Source of the DNA: an uncultured Acidobacteriota bacterium
GTDB lineage: Bacteria; Acidobacteriota; Vicinamibacteria; Vicinamibacterales; UBA2999
Reading direction: 5' to 3'
DNA: 64,000 bases
NCBI GenBank assembly: GCA_963735875.1
Contig: CAVTMO010000017.1
Location: 548,040-612,039, forward strand
Made by a program: the position numbers and the translations under genes. Below are positions 37,230-46,377 of this stretch, piece after piece; positions within the stretch are counted from its first letter, which is position 1, and every line of letters begins with the position of its first letter. Below the pieces are notes generated by a model. The model searched no databases. It was given only the letters and a program-made list of their open reading frames with translations, and had not been told where the DNA came from.

Positions 37230-37694
37230 CTACCTGCCTTCCCCGCCGTCGCGCCGCCGGACGCCGTTGGCCTGCAGTCCGAATGCGGCGGTGATGACCG
37301 CCAGCGCGTGGGCGTTGACCTGGTAGGGCGCCAAGGCGTCGCGCGCGACCCAGGCGACTTCGGAGGCGTCGTCGCCCGGCGCCAGGAAACCGCCGACGGG
37401 ACGGCACAGATAGTCGGCGATGACGAAGTGGTAGCGGATGCGGCCGGCCTCGTCGCGGTGCACGCGGTCGAACAACTCGACCAGGGGCCCGACGGCGACC
37501 TCGAGTCCGGTCTCCTCGTGCAACTCCCGCTGCACGGCCTGCTCCAGCGACTCCCCCAGTTCGAGCTTGCCGCCCGGCAGCGACCATTCGCCCTGGCGCG
37601 GTGGATGCGCGCGCCGCACGAGGAGCACCCGGTCGCCTTCGATCACGACGCCGCCGACACCGACCACGGGCGCCGCCGGATACTCCTGGGCCAT
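37230..37694 (-). CDS. NUDIX hydrolase
   Basis: Nudix box GGKLELGESLEQAVQRELHEETGL. Confidence 0.9.
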   Translation of the reverse strand: MAQEYPAAPVVGVGGVVIEGDRVLLVRRAHPPRQGEWSLPGGKLELGESLEQAVQRELHEETGLEVAVGPLVELFDRVHRDEAGRIRYHFVIADYLCRPVGGFLAPGDDASEVAWVARDALAPYQVNAHALAVITAAFGLQANGVRRRDGGEGR

Positions 37695-37709
37695 TACTCG
37701 TAGGCCATC

Positions 37710-38774
37710 TCAGCCCAGGGCCAGCGAGGGCACGGCGTTGGTGCCGGCGCCGGCGAGCAGCCCGGCGTCGAGGAGCCGCGCCCCCGACGCCGCGATCATC
37801 GCGGCGTTGTCGGTGGCCAGCGCGATCGGCGGGACGAACACCGCGAGTCCGCGCTCCCGGCCACGGGCCTCCAGATCGCGCCGCAACCGGCTGTTGGCCG
37901 ACACGCCCCCGGCCACGCCAATCGACCGCGCGTCGTGCTCACGCGCGGCCTCGAACGTGCGTGCCACAAGCGTGCTCACCACGGTCCGCTGGAAGCTCGC
38001 GCACAGGTTGGCGATCTCACCGGCCGGCAGCCGTTCGACGCCGAGCGCCGCCTGACGGGCCCGGACATGGCGCAACACCGCGGTCTTCACGCCGCTGAAG
38101 CTGAAGTCCAGGCGGCCGTCGCGGTCGGGCGCGTTGCGATCGCGGTGCGTGAGGCGGGTGGCCGGCAGATCGACGGCGCCGTCGTCACCGTCGGCGGCCA
38201 GGCGATCGATCACCGGGCCGCCTGGATAGCCCAGGCCGACCAGCTTGGCCACCTTGTCGTAGGCTTCGCCGGCGGCGTCGTCGCGGGTGCGGCCGAGCAG
38301 CCGATAGGTGCCGGCCTCGGGCACCAGGTAGAGGCTCGTGTGGCCGCCCGACACCACGAGCACGACCGCTGGCAGCGGCAGCGGACCGTGGGCGAGCCAC
38401 AACGACTCGATGTGGCCCGCCAGGTGATTGACGGCCACCAGCGGCAGGCCATGCGCCCACGCTGCGGCCTTGGCGAAGGCGACGCCCACCAGCAGCGACC
38501 CGACCAGCCCCGGCCCCTGGGTGACCGCCACCGCATCGAGCCCGCGCCATGAGACGCCGGCTTCCTCGAGCGCGCGTTCGACGACTCCGCAGATGTCGCG
38601 GACGTGCTGCCGCGACGCCAGTTCGGGCACGACGCCGCCCCACTCGCGATGGATCGCGACCTGCGAGGCGACGATGTTCGAGCGAATGGCCCACCGCGCG
38701 CCGGGATCCGGGTCGCGGCCGATGACCGCGGCTGCTGTTTCGTCGCACGACGTCTCGATGCCGAGGAGGATCAC
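37710..38774 (-). CDS. tsaD: tRNA N6-adenosine threonylcarbamoyltransferase
   Basis: GTG 38774 overlaps the mtn[20 protein letters not shown]...[14 protein letters not shown]...VNHLAGHI...VSGGHT...[16 protein letters not shown]... pattern. Confidence 0.9.
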   Translation of the reverse strand: MILLGIETSCDETAAAVIGRDPDPGARWAIRSNIVASQVAIHREWGGVVPELASRQHVRDICGVVERALEEAGVSWRGLDAVAVTQGPGLVGSLLVGVAFAKAAAWAHGLPLVAVNHLAGHIESLWLAHGPLPLPAVVLVVSGGHTSLYLVPEAGTYRLLGRTRDDAAGEAYDKVAKLVGLGYPGGPVIDRLAADGDDGAVDLPATRLTHRDRNAPDRDGRLDFSFSGVKTAVLRHVRARQAALGVERLPAGEIANLCASFQRTVVSTLVARTFEAAREHDARSIGVAGGVSANSRLRRDLEARGRERGLAVFVPPIALATDNAAMIAASGARLLDAGLLAGAGTNAVPSLALG

Positions 38775-39808
38775 GCCAGCCGGGCCAGTCCGCCGGCGAA
38801 CGGCGGGTGCACGACGCCCCGATCGGTGACGATGGCGGTCACGTACCGGTGGGGCGTGACGTCGAAGGCGGGGTTGCAGACGGCCGCACCCTCCGGCACC
38901 AGCTGCAAGGATCCGAGGTGGGTGACTTCCACCGCCTTCCGCTCTTCGATCGGGATCCCCTCGCCCGTGGGCGTGGCCAGGTCGACGGTGGACCAGGGTG
39001 CCGCGACATAGAACGGAATGCCGTGCGCGTGGGCCAGAACCGCCACGCCGTAGGTGCCGATCTTGTTCGCGGTGTCGCCATTGGCGGCGATCCGATCGGC
39101 GCCGACGACCACGGCGTTGACCCGGCCGGCGCGCATCATCGCCGCCGACATGCTGTCGGTGATGACGGTCGTGGCGATGCCGTCCTTGACGAGCTCCCAG
39201 GCCGTCAGCCGGGAGCCCTGCAGGAAAGGCCGCGTCTCGTCGGCGAGGACGGTGACCGACTTCCCCGCCTCGACGGCACTGCGGATCACCCCGAGCGCGG
39301 TGCCGTAACCGGCGGTGGCCAGGGCGCCGGCGTTGCAATGCGTGAGCACCCGCGCGTCGTCGGGCAGCAGCGCGGCGCCGAACCGGCCGATCGCCCGGCA
39401 GCTGGCGACGTCCTCGTCGTGGATGCGATCGGCCTCCCGGCCGAGCCGTGCGGTCAGCTCGGAGACGCTCTCCCCGGCCTGGGCCCCGGCGGCGAAGGCC
39501 TGCTTCATCCGCTCGATCGCCCAGAAGAGATTGACCGCCGTCGGCCGGGTGGCGGCCAGGACGTCGGCGAGGCGCTGGAACTCGGTGACGAACTGCCGGG
39601 TGCCCGTGGCCTTGCTGCGCCGCGCGCCCAGGGCCAGCCCCATCGCCGCCGCCACGCCGATTGCCGGCGCGCCGCGGATCACCATCGCCGTGATGGCCTT
39701 GGCCACGTCGAGCCCCGACCGGCAGCGTACGTAGACCTCGCGCCCGGGCAGCTTGCGCTGATCGATCATGACGATGTCGTCGCCGTCCCAGGCGATCGTG
39801 GGGAGCAT
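38771..39808 (-). CDS. mtnA: S-methyl-5-thioribose-1-phosphate isomerase
   Basis: [16 protein letters not shown]...[18 protein letters not shown]...[11 protein letters not shown]...HCNAGALAT...[20 protein letters not shown]...[18 protein letters not shown]. Confidence 0.9.
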   Translation of the reverse strand: MLPTIAWDGDDIVMIDQRKLPGREVYVRCRSGLDVAKAITAMVIRGAPAIGVAAAMGLALGARRSKATGTRQFVTEFQRLADVLAATRPTAVNLFWAIERMKQAFAAGAQAGESVSELTARLGREADRIHDEDVASCRAIGRFGAALLPDDARVLTHCNAGALATAGYGTALGVIRSAVEAGKSVTVLADETRPFLQGSRLTAWELVKDGIATTVITDSMSAAMMRAGRVNAVVVGADRIAANGDTANKIGTYGVAVLAHAHGIPFYVAAPWSTVDLATPTGEGIPIEERKAVEVTHLGSLQLVPEGAAVCNPAFDVTPHRYVTAIVTDRGVVHPPFAGGLARLA

Positions 39809-39818
39809 GGGTCACATT

Positions 39819-39972
39819 CTAGGGGCTGGGGGCTGGGGACTAGGGCTTGCCAATATCCCGCTTCGCATCGCGGCATTCGCGGCGATGCACAAGCCCTGGC
39901 TCTTGATCACGTCACTCGACAGCTTGACGGCCGCATGCCCCAGTCCCCAGCCCCTAGCCCCCAGTCCCCAGG
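39819..39972. repeat. paired G-tract / C-tract arm element B between cdd and mtnA
   Basis: Left arm ctaggggctgggggctggggactagggc (39819-39846). Right arm gccccagtccccagcccctagcccccagtccccagg (39937-39972). 90-nt unrelated core contains a gcatcgc...gcgatgc hairpin. The cdd C-terminus ILGTGG-TAG is encoded by the right arm. The left arm ends 10 nt from the mtnA ATG. Confidence 0.8.
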
Positions 39973-40358
39973 ATCGTTTTGTCGAAGGGCATCGGCAACA
40001 AGTCGGCAAGGCGGACGCGGCCGGATTCCCGTTCGAGGTTGGCGAGGACGATCTCGATGTCGCCGCAGTATTCCCAGAGCAGCTGGCGGCACGCCCCGCA
40101 CGGCGGGGTCGGGCGCGCGGTATCGGCGACGACGGCCAGCCGGACAAACGAGGTGCGACCCTCCGACAACGCCTTCCACAGCGCGACGCGCTCGGCACAG
40201 ACGGTGAGGCCATACGTGGCGTTCTCGATGTTGCAGCCGGTGACGACGGTGCCGTCGGCGCATTCGAGCGCCGCGCCCACGCCGAAGCCGGAGTAGGCCG
40301 CCTGCGCATGGGTCCGCGCAGTGCGGGCAGCCGCGACCAGCGTCTCAAAGCCGCTCAA
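39954..40358 (-). CDS. cdd: cytidine deaminase
   Basis: YSGFGVGAAL...CAERVAL...PCGACRQ zinc-binding motifs, 134 aa. Confidence 0.9.
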   Translation of the reverse strand: MSGFETLVAAARTARTHAQAAYSGFGVGAALECADGTVVTGCNIENATYGLTVCAERVALWKALSEGRTSFVRLAVVADTARPTPPCGACRQLLWEYCGDIEIVLANLERESGRVRLADLLPMPFDKTILGTGG

Positions 40359-41193
40359 CCACGCCCTCCAGCAATGAGATGAACTCGCCGCGCACCCGCG
40401 CCGCCACCTGCATCACCTCGTCGTGGTCCAGCGGCTGATCGACGACCCCGGCGGCGGGGTTGGTGATGCACGAGATGCCCAGCACCTCGAGACCCATGTG
40501 ACGCGCGACGATCGCCTCCGGCGCGGTGGACATGCCGACGGCATCGGCGCCGAGCGAACGGAAGGCGCGGATCTCGGCCGGCGTCTCGTAGCTCGGGCCG
40601 AGTACCGCGACATAGACGCCGTGCTCCAGCCGGACGCCGCGCGCCTTCGCCGCCTCGGTAGCGACGGCTCGCAGGCGGCGCGAGTAGACCTCGGTCATGT
40701 CGGGAAACCGCGGACCGAGCCGCGGGTCGTGCGGGCCCACGAGCGGATTGCGCCCCATGAAATTGATGTGATCGTCGATGAGCATCAGCGCGCCGGTCGC
40801 AAAACCGGTGTTGATCGCCCCCGCGGCGTTGGTCAGGATGACGCGCGGCACGCCGAGGGCGCCGATCACCCGCATCGCGAAGGTGACGTCCTCGAGCGGA
40901 TGGCCCTCGTAGACGTGCGCCCGGCCCGACAGGGCGATCACCCGCCGCGAGCCGAGCCTGCCGGCGACGAGCACGCCGGCGTGGCCGACCACGGCCGACG
41001 CCGGCCAATGCGGGATCTCGCCGTAGGGGACGCGCGTGGCGGGCGCGAGACCATCGGCGAACGCGCCCAGCCCGGAACCCAGGACGATCGCCACGTCGGC
41101 GGTCTCGGCGCCGCGGCTGCGCAGGAACGTCGCTGCCGCAGCCGCTCGCTCGAGCTGGCCGGCTGGCGCCGCCGTCGAGGGCGGGAGCGTCAT
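40345..41193 (-). CDS. punA: purine nucleoside phosphorylase (trimeric PNP/PunA type)
   Basis: VLGSGLG...GHAG.LV.G...GR.H.YEG...NAAGAIN...GPRFPDM...GPSYETPAEIR...GADAVGMSTAPE. Confidence 0.85.
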   Translation of the reverse strand: MTLPPSTAAPAGQLERAAAAATFLRSRGAETADVAIVLGSGLGAFADGLAPATRVPYGEIPHWPASAVVGHAGVLVAGRLGSRRVIALSGRAHVYEGHPLEDVTFAMRVIGALGVPRVILTNAAGAINTGFATGALMLIDDHINFMGRNPLVGPHDPRLGPRFPDMTEVYSRRLRAVATEAAKARGVRLEHGVYVAVLGPSYETPAEIRAFRSLGADAVGMSTAPEAIVARHMGLEVLGISCITNPAAGVVDQPLDHDEVMQVAARVRGEFISLLEGVVERL

Positions 41194-42515
41194 GGCTGGA
41201 GCGTCTCCCCATCGCGGTGCACCCAGGCGCGCACGAGTGGCGCCGGCGGCGGTGGCGCGCCGAGCGTCACCGCCCCGGCGGCCAGCGTGCGGGCGCCGGC
41301 CAGCCGCGTCTCGGCGTTGCAGTGGAGTTCGAGGAGCGGCGTGCCGCGGCTGACCCGGTCGCCGGGGCCGACGCGCAGGCGGATGCCCGCGGCGTGATCC
41401 ACCGGATCGCCGGCCCGGTCGCGCCCGGCGCCGAGCAACACCGCCGCGCGACCGATCCGCTCGGCGTCCACGGCGGCGACGACGCCGTCGGCAGGCGCGT
41501 CGATCACCTCGACGTGGGATGCCCGCGGCAACCGCGATGGATCGTCCACCACCGCCGGATCGCCACCCTGCGCCACCACCATCGCCCGCAACTTGGCCCG
41601 GGCTCGTCCGTCGTCGAGCACGCCCCGCACCTGGGCGAGCGCCTCGTCAGGATGCACGGCCCGTCCACCCAGCTGCACCGCCCGGGCGCCGAGCGTCTCG
41701 ACCAGCGCCCGTACGTCGGCAGGTCCGGCGCCACCGAGCACCTCGAGGCACTCCTCGATTTCCAGCGCGTTGCCGACCGCGCGGCCCAACGGGCCGTCCA
41801 TGGCGGTGACGAAGGCCTCGGTGCGCACGTCGTGCGCCGTGCCGATGGCCACCAGCGAGCGGGCCAGCGCCAGCGCCTCATCCAATGTCTTCATGAACGC
41901 GCCGCGCCCGCACTTCACGTCGAGCACGAGCGCCTGGCTGCCCTCAGCGATCTTCTTGCTCATCACCGAGGCCGAGATGAGGGGCACGCTCTCGATCGTC
42001 GCGGTCACGTCGCGCAGCGCATAGAGCGCCTTGTCGGCGGGGGCAATGTCAGCGGTCTGGCCGACGATGGCGCAGCCTACCTCGCCCAGCACGGCGACGA
42101 ATTCCTCCGGCGACAGCGCGACGCGGAACCCGGGAATCGACTCGAGCTTGTCGAGGGTGCCGCCGGTGTGGCCAAGGCCGCGCCCCGACATCTTGGGCAT
42201 CACGACGCCACAGGCCGCCACCGCCGGCGCGAGCACGATCGAGATCTTGTCGCCGACACCGCCGGTGCTGTGCTTGCCGACGGTCGGGCGTCCGAGCGGC
42301 GACAGGTCGACGCGACGGCCCGAACGCACCATCGCCTCGGTGAGACCGGCGGTCTCCTCGGGCGTCATCCCGCGGAGCACGATCGCCATGAGGAGCGCCG
42401 AGACCTGATAGTCGGCCCACGAGCCGTCGAGCACGCCGGCCACGAAGGCGTCGATGGCCTGCCGCCCCAGCGCCTCGCCGTCGCGCTTGGCGCGGATGAT
42501 GTCGACCGCGCGCAT
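41190..42515 (-). CDS. deoA: thymidine / pyrimidine-nucleoside phosphorylase
   Basis: ATG 42515. IIRAKRDGEAL...ALLMAIVLRGMTPEE...GKHSTGGVGDKISI...KMSGRGLGHTGGTLDKLESIPG. ATGA overlap with punA. Confidence 0.9.
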   Translation of the reverse strand: MRAVDIIRAKRDGEALGRQAIDAFVAGVLDGSWADYQVSALLMAIVLRGMTPEETAGLTEAMVRSGRRVDLSPLGRPTVGKHSTGGVGDKISIVLAPAVAACGVVMPKMSGRGLGHTGGTLDKLESIPGFRVALSPEEFVAVLGEVGCAIVGQTADIAPADKALYALRDVTATIESVPLISASVMSKKIAEGSQALVLDVKCGRGAFMKTLDEALALARSLVAIGTAHDVRTEAFVTAMDGPLGRAVGNALEIEECLEVLGGAGPADVRALVETLGARAVQLGGRAVHPDEALAQVRGVLDDGRARAKLRAMVVAQGGDPAVVDDPSRLPRASHVEVIDAPADGVVAAVDAERIGRAAVLLGAGRDRAGDPVDHAAGIRLRVGPGDRVSRGTPLLELHCNAETRLAGARTLAAGAVTLGAPPPPAPLVRAWVHRDGETLQP

Positions 42516-42654
42516 CAATCGGTGCGCAGTATAGCAGCGCGGCTCAGGCTGCAGCGGGGCCATGGCATCCGCGCGACCGGCGCTGGCCGGCAGCCCGAGG
42601 GCGTCTATAATCGTCGCGGACCGGCCGGCAAGACGCGGGTCCTTCCGGGCGTTC

Positions 42655-44976
42655 ATGTCCCACGCGACCGAACCGCTGTCAGCCGAGACGAGTGCCAAGC
42701 TGGTGGACCTGGCCCGCGCCTGCAAGGGCGCTGCCCGGGTCGTGGCGATGTACCCGGCGACGCACCCGGCGATCCAGGACGCCCTGAGCCGCATGACCGC
42801 GGCCGGCACCGCGGCCGTCGCCGGCGGACCGTTCCAGTTCGCGGTCACGCCCGAGACCCTGCTCGTCGGCGGGCGTGCGCTGTCCCGTCCGGACCTCGCG
42901 GTGTCGGAGCTCGCCGCGATGCTGCACGCGCACAGCGTGGGCGAGATCCACCTCCTGGACGTCCTCACACCCGCTGCCTGGCATGCCTTCCTGCTGCTCA
43001 TCACGCAGTCGCCGGCCGACGTCCGCGGCGAAGGCGGCATCACGAGCGCGTGGGCCGCGGCGGGCGGCGGGCCGATCGAGATCCGCCAGATCGACTACGG
43101 CGAAGTGCTGCGCGAGCGGTCGAGCGGCGACGAGTCGAGCTGGGAATTCATCCTGAGCGCCTACCTCGAGGGCGAACAGGCCGACCTCGACGACGCCACC
43201 CTGGCCGCTCTCACCGAGATGGTCACCGATCCGCAGCGGATGGCGGCCTTCATGGACGGCGTCGTCGAACAGGCCAAGGACGGCTGGCTGACACGCCAGC
43301 AGGCGCAGCTGGCCCGGCTGCTGCAGGCGCTGGCGGCCTTCATCTCGAAATCCGATCCGGCCGCGGTCGACACGATGCTGCGCGGCGTGGCCAACAGCCT
43401 GCCGCGCCTGTCCCCGGAGATCGTCACCGGATTGCTGACCGAGCCGCGGCCGGTGGACGATGACGGCAATCCCACCGGCATCGACCTGGGCGGCGAGGTG
43501 CTCGCCCGGATCGACGACGGCGTCGTCGCGCGTTTCGTCGCCGGGGTGATCGCCCGCGATCGCGCCGCGTCGGGACGCCTCGCCGAGGCGTTCCAGGCGC
43601 TGGTGCCCGACGAACAGCAGCGCGGGCGGGTGCTCGACCTGGCCGAGGGCGTCGCCGCCCAGGGACCGCTCGGCAAGGATCCGATGTTCGTCGACCTCTG
43701 GCAGCAGGCATCCGAGATGCTGCAGTCCTACTCGGATGAGAAGTACATCTCGGACGAGTACGCCGGCGATCTCTCCAAGGCGCGGGCCTCGGCGGTGGAG
43801 ATGGAGCGGATCGCCGACGACCCGCCCGACCGTGTCGCCGCCTGGGTCGCCACCGTCAGCGACGAGCAAATCCGGCGGCTCGACCAGCAGGTGCTGGGCG
43901 ATCTGCTGGTCGTGGAGACGCGGCGCGAGGACTGGCGGAAGGTCCACGGACTGGCGCTGACGCGAATCGAGCAGCTGGTGCTGGTCGGCGACCTGCCCCC
44001 GGCCCAGGAACTGCTCGACACGCTGCTCCGCCTGTCGCGCGATCCCGCGTCGGAAGTGGCGGCCGACGCCCGCGACGGCGTCGCCAGGCTCGCCGCCGGC
44101 GAGCTGATGACCCACCTCGTGCTCTTCATCCGACAAGCCGAAGAGGCCGAGCTGCCGCGGGCGACGCGGTTCTGCCTGTCGCTGGGCAAGTCGGTCGCCA
44201 GCCGGCTGGTCGACGCGATCCTGGTCGAGGACAGCGCGCGGACGATCCGCCGCTTGCGCGAGCTCCTGGTCTCGTTCGGCTCGGCCGCCAAGCCGCGAAT
44301 CGCCGAGCTCTGCACCGCCAGCAACCCCGCCGTCCGCCGGACGGCCATCGAGCTGCTGCGCATGGTCGGGAGCAGCGAGGCGCTGCCGCACCTGGTGGCG
44401 CTGCTCGACGACGACGAGGCGCAGGTGCAGCGAGAGGCGCTGCGCGCGATCATGCAGGTGGGCACCGACGAGGCCTTCACCGCCCTCCAGACGGCGCTCA
44501 CTTCCGGACCGCCCCGCACCCGCGACGCGATCAGACACTCGGTGGCCACGCTGCGCGACGAGCGGGCGGCGCCGCTCTTCGCCTTCATCGTGCGGCAATC
44601 CGATCACCGCGGCGACTCCGAAGACTTCTACCGGTCGGCGCTGGAGACGCTGGGACACCTCGGCGACTCCTCCGAGTCGACGCTGCAGGCGCTGCGCGGC
44701 GCGCTCGACCGCGGCGAATGGTGGGCGCCAGTCCGTACCCGCAGACTGCGCGCCGCCGCGGCGACCGCGCTGCGGGCGATCGGCACACCCGAGGCGACCA
44801 CGGTCCTCGAAGCCGCGGCGGCGAACGGGTCGAGAGGGGTACGGGCCGCGGCGCGGGCCGCCCTGGCCGGCCAGCGGCCGAGCCGCCCGCCGGCCGACGC
44901 CGGGGCCGAACCCCAGACCGATCCGACCGGCTCCGACGAGGCCGGCGACGCGCCCAGCGAGAGGAGCCCGTCTTGA
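42655..44976 (+). CDS. HEAT-repeat protein with an N-terminal domain related to that of the downstream HD-GYP protein
   Basis: ATG 42655 chosen. C-terminal third has HEAT-like repeats (NPAVRRTAIELLRMVGSSEALPHLVALLDDDEAQVQREALRAIMQVG...). N-terminal AMYPATHPAIQDAL...FQFAVTPETLLVGGRAL...VGEIHLL parallels QLYAPSHPLAGRAL...VAVGFIDNEVVVGEIPL...IERIAF in the next gene. Confidence 0.65.
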   Translation: MSHATEPLSAETSAKLVDLARACKGAARVVAMYPATHPAIQDALSRMTAAGTAAVAGGPFQFAVTPETLLVGGRALSRPDLAVSELAAMLHAHSVGEIHLLDVLTPAAWHAFLLLITQSPADVRGEGGITSAWAAAGGGPIEIRQIDYGEVLRERSSGDESSWEFILSAYLEGEQADLDDATLAALTEMVTDPQRMAAFMDGVVEQAKDGWLTRQQAQLARLLQALAAFISKSDPAAVDTMLRGVANSLPRLSPEIVTGLLTEPRPVDDDGNPTGIDLGGEVLARIDDGVVARFVAGVIARDRAASGRLAEAFQALVPDEQQRGRVLDLAEGVAAQGPLGKDPMFVDLWQQASEMLQSYSDEKYISDEYAGDLSKARASAVEMERIADDPPDRVAAWVATVSDEQIRRLDQQVLGDLLVVETRREDWRKVHGLALTRIEQLVLVGDLPPAQELLDTLLRLSRDPASEVAADARDGVARLAAGELMTHLVLFIRQAEEAELPRATRFCLSLGKSVASRLVDAILVEDSARTIRRLRELLVSFGSAAKPRIAELCTASNPAVRRTAIELLRMVGSSEALPHLVALLDDDEAQVQREALRAIMQVGTDEAFTALQTALTSGPPRTRDAIRHSVATLRDERAAPLFAFIVRQSDHRGDSEDFYRSALETLGHLGDSSESTLQALRGALDRGEWWAPVRTRRLRAAAATALRAIGTPEATTVLEAAAANGSRGVRAAARAALAGQRPSRPPADAGAEPQTDPTGSDEAGDAPSERSPS

Positions 44977-46367
44977 GCGATGCCGCCCGACAACTGCGCC
45001 AGGCCGACGAGTTCGTCCGGCGCCTGACGGCCGCCGTCCGCGCCAACCAGCTCTACGCCCCGTCGCATCCGCTGGCGGGCCGGGCCCTCAAGGCGCTGAC
45101 CGAGAGTGCCGGGCAGCTGCTGGCCGCCGAGCCGACCGTGGCGGTGGGCTTCATCGACAACGAGGTGGTCGTCGGGGAGATCCCGCTGGTGCAGGTCGGC
45201 GATGCCTTTGCCGAGCTGCTGCGCCGCGTCCGGCAGGTGGGCATCGAGCGCATCGCGTTCGATCGCGGGGTGAGCCCCGACGAGATCGGCGTGCTGGTCG
45301 AGACGCTGGCACGACCCGAACGGGCGGGAGTCGCCGGGCCGGGCCAGGTGGCCGACCCGCTCGCCGTGCTCGGCGGACTCACGCGCATCCGCGTCGGCCG
45401 GCTCAGCCTCGACGAGCGGGTCGAGGCGTCGCCGGCCGACGTGGCCACGATCCGGCGGCTCTACACCGACGGCGTCTCCATCGCCGGCGCCCTGTGGGAG
45501 ATGACCCAGCGCGAGGGCATGCCCGATCCGAAGCAGGCCAAGGCGCTGGTCGATTCCCTGGCGCAGGCGGTGGCGCAGAACCGCACGGCGCTGATGGCCC
45601 TCACCGCCCTCAAGGACTACGACAACTACACCTTCACCCATATGGTGAACGTGTCGATCCTGGTGATGGCGCAGGCCCGCAGCCTCGGCATCGACGGCAC
45701 GCTGCTGCGCGAGTTCGGGCTGGCGGCGCTGATGCACGACATCGGCAAGGTGCGCACGCCGCTCGAGGTGCTGAACAAACCCGACAAGCTCACCGACGCC
45801 GAGTTCGCCATCATGCGCATGCACGTGGTGGACGGCGCGGAGATTCTCCGCCGCACGCCCGACATCCCGGCGCTGGCCCCGGTCGTGGCCTTCGAACACC
45901 ACCTGCGGCTCGACGGCACCGGTTACCCGATGGGCGTCAAGCGTGCCTCGCTCAACCTCGGCACGATGCTCTGCAGCATCTCGGACGTCTACGACGCGAT
46001 GCGATCGCAGCGTGCCTACCAGGGCGCCTACCCGACCGAGCGGATCCTGGCGGTGCTGCAGAAGAGCGACGGCCTGCACTTCGACCAGCACCTGGTGCGC
46101 CGCTTCTCGCAGCTGATGGGGCTGTATCCTCCAGGCAACATGGTGCGTCTCGACACCGGGCACGTCGGCGTGGTCATCCGCTCGTTCGCGCCCGACCCGC
46201 GCCGGCCGCGGGTGCGCGTGATCATCGACGGCGCCGGCCACCGGCTCACGCGTCCCTTCGACGTCAACCTCTGGGAGGTGGACAGCGAGACGTCGTCCGG
46301 GCCGCGCGCGATCTCCACCCCGGTCGATCCCAAGGACTTCGGGATCGACCCGCTCACCTTCCTCTGA
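44973..46367 (+). CDS. HD-GYP domain protein (putative c-di-GMP phosphodiesterase)
   Basis: TTG 44973 overlaps the upstream TGA. THMVNVSILVMAQARSLG...AALMHDIGK...HHLRLDGTGYPMG (HD...GYP) ...ISDVYDAM. Confidence 0.85.
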   Translation: MSDAARQLRQADEFVRRLTAAVRANQLYAPSHPLAGRALKALTESAGQLLAAEPTVAVGFIDNEVVVGEIPLVQVGDAFAELLRRVRQVGIERIAFDRGVSPDEIGVLVETLARPERAGVAGPGQVADPLAVLGGLTRIRVGRLSLDERVEASPADVATIRRLYTDGVSIAGALWEMTQREGMPDPKQAKALVDSLAQAVAQNRTALMALTALKDYDNYTFTHMVNVSILVMAQARSLGIDGTLLREFGLAALMHDIGKVRTPLEVLNKPDKLTDAEFAIMRMHVVDGAEILRRTPDIPALAPVVAFEHHLRLDGTGYPMGVKRASLNLGTMLCSISDVYDAMRSQRAYQGAYPTERILAVLQKSDGLHFDQHLVRRFSQLMGLYPPGNMVRLDTGHVGVVIRSFAPDPRRPRVRVIIDGAGHRLTRPFDVNLWEVDSETSSGPRAISTPVDPKDFGIDPLTFL

Positions 46368-46377
46368 GGCATCGCCA

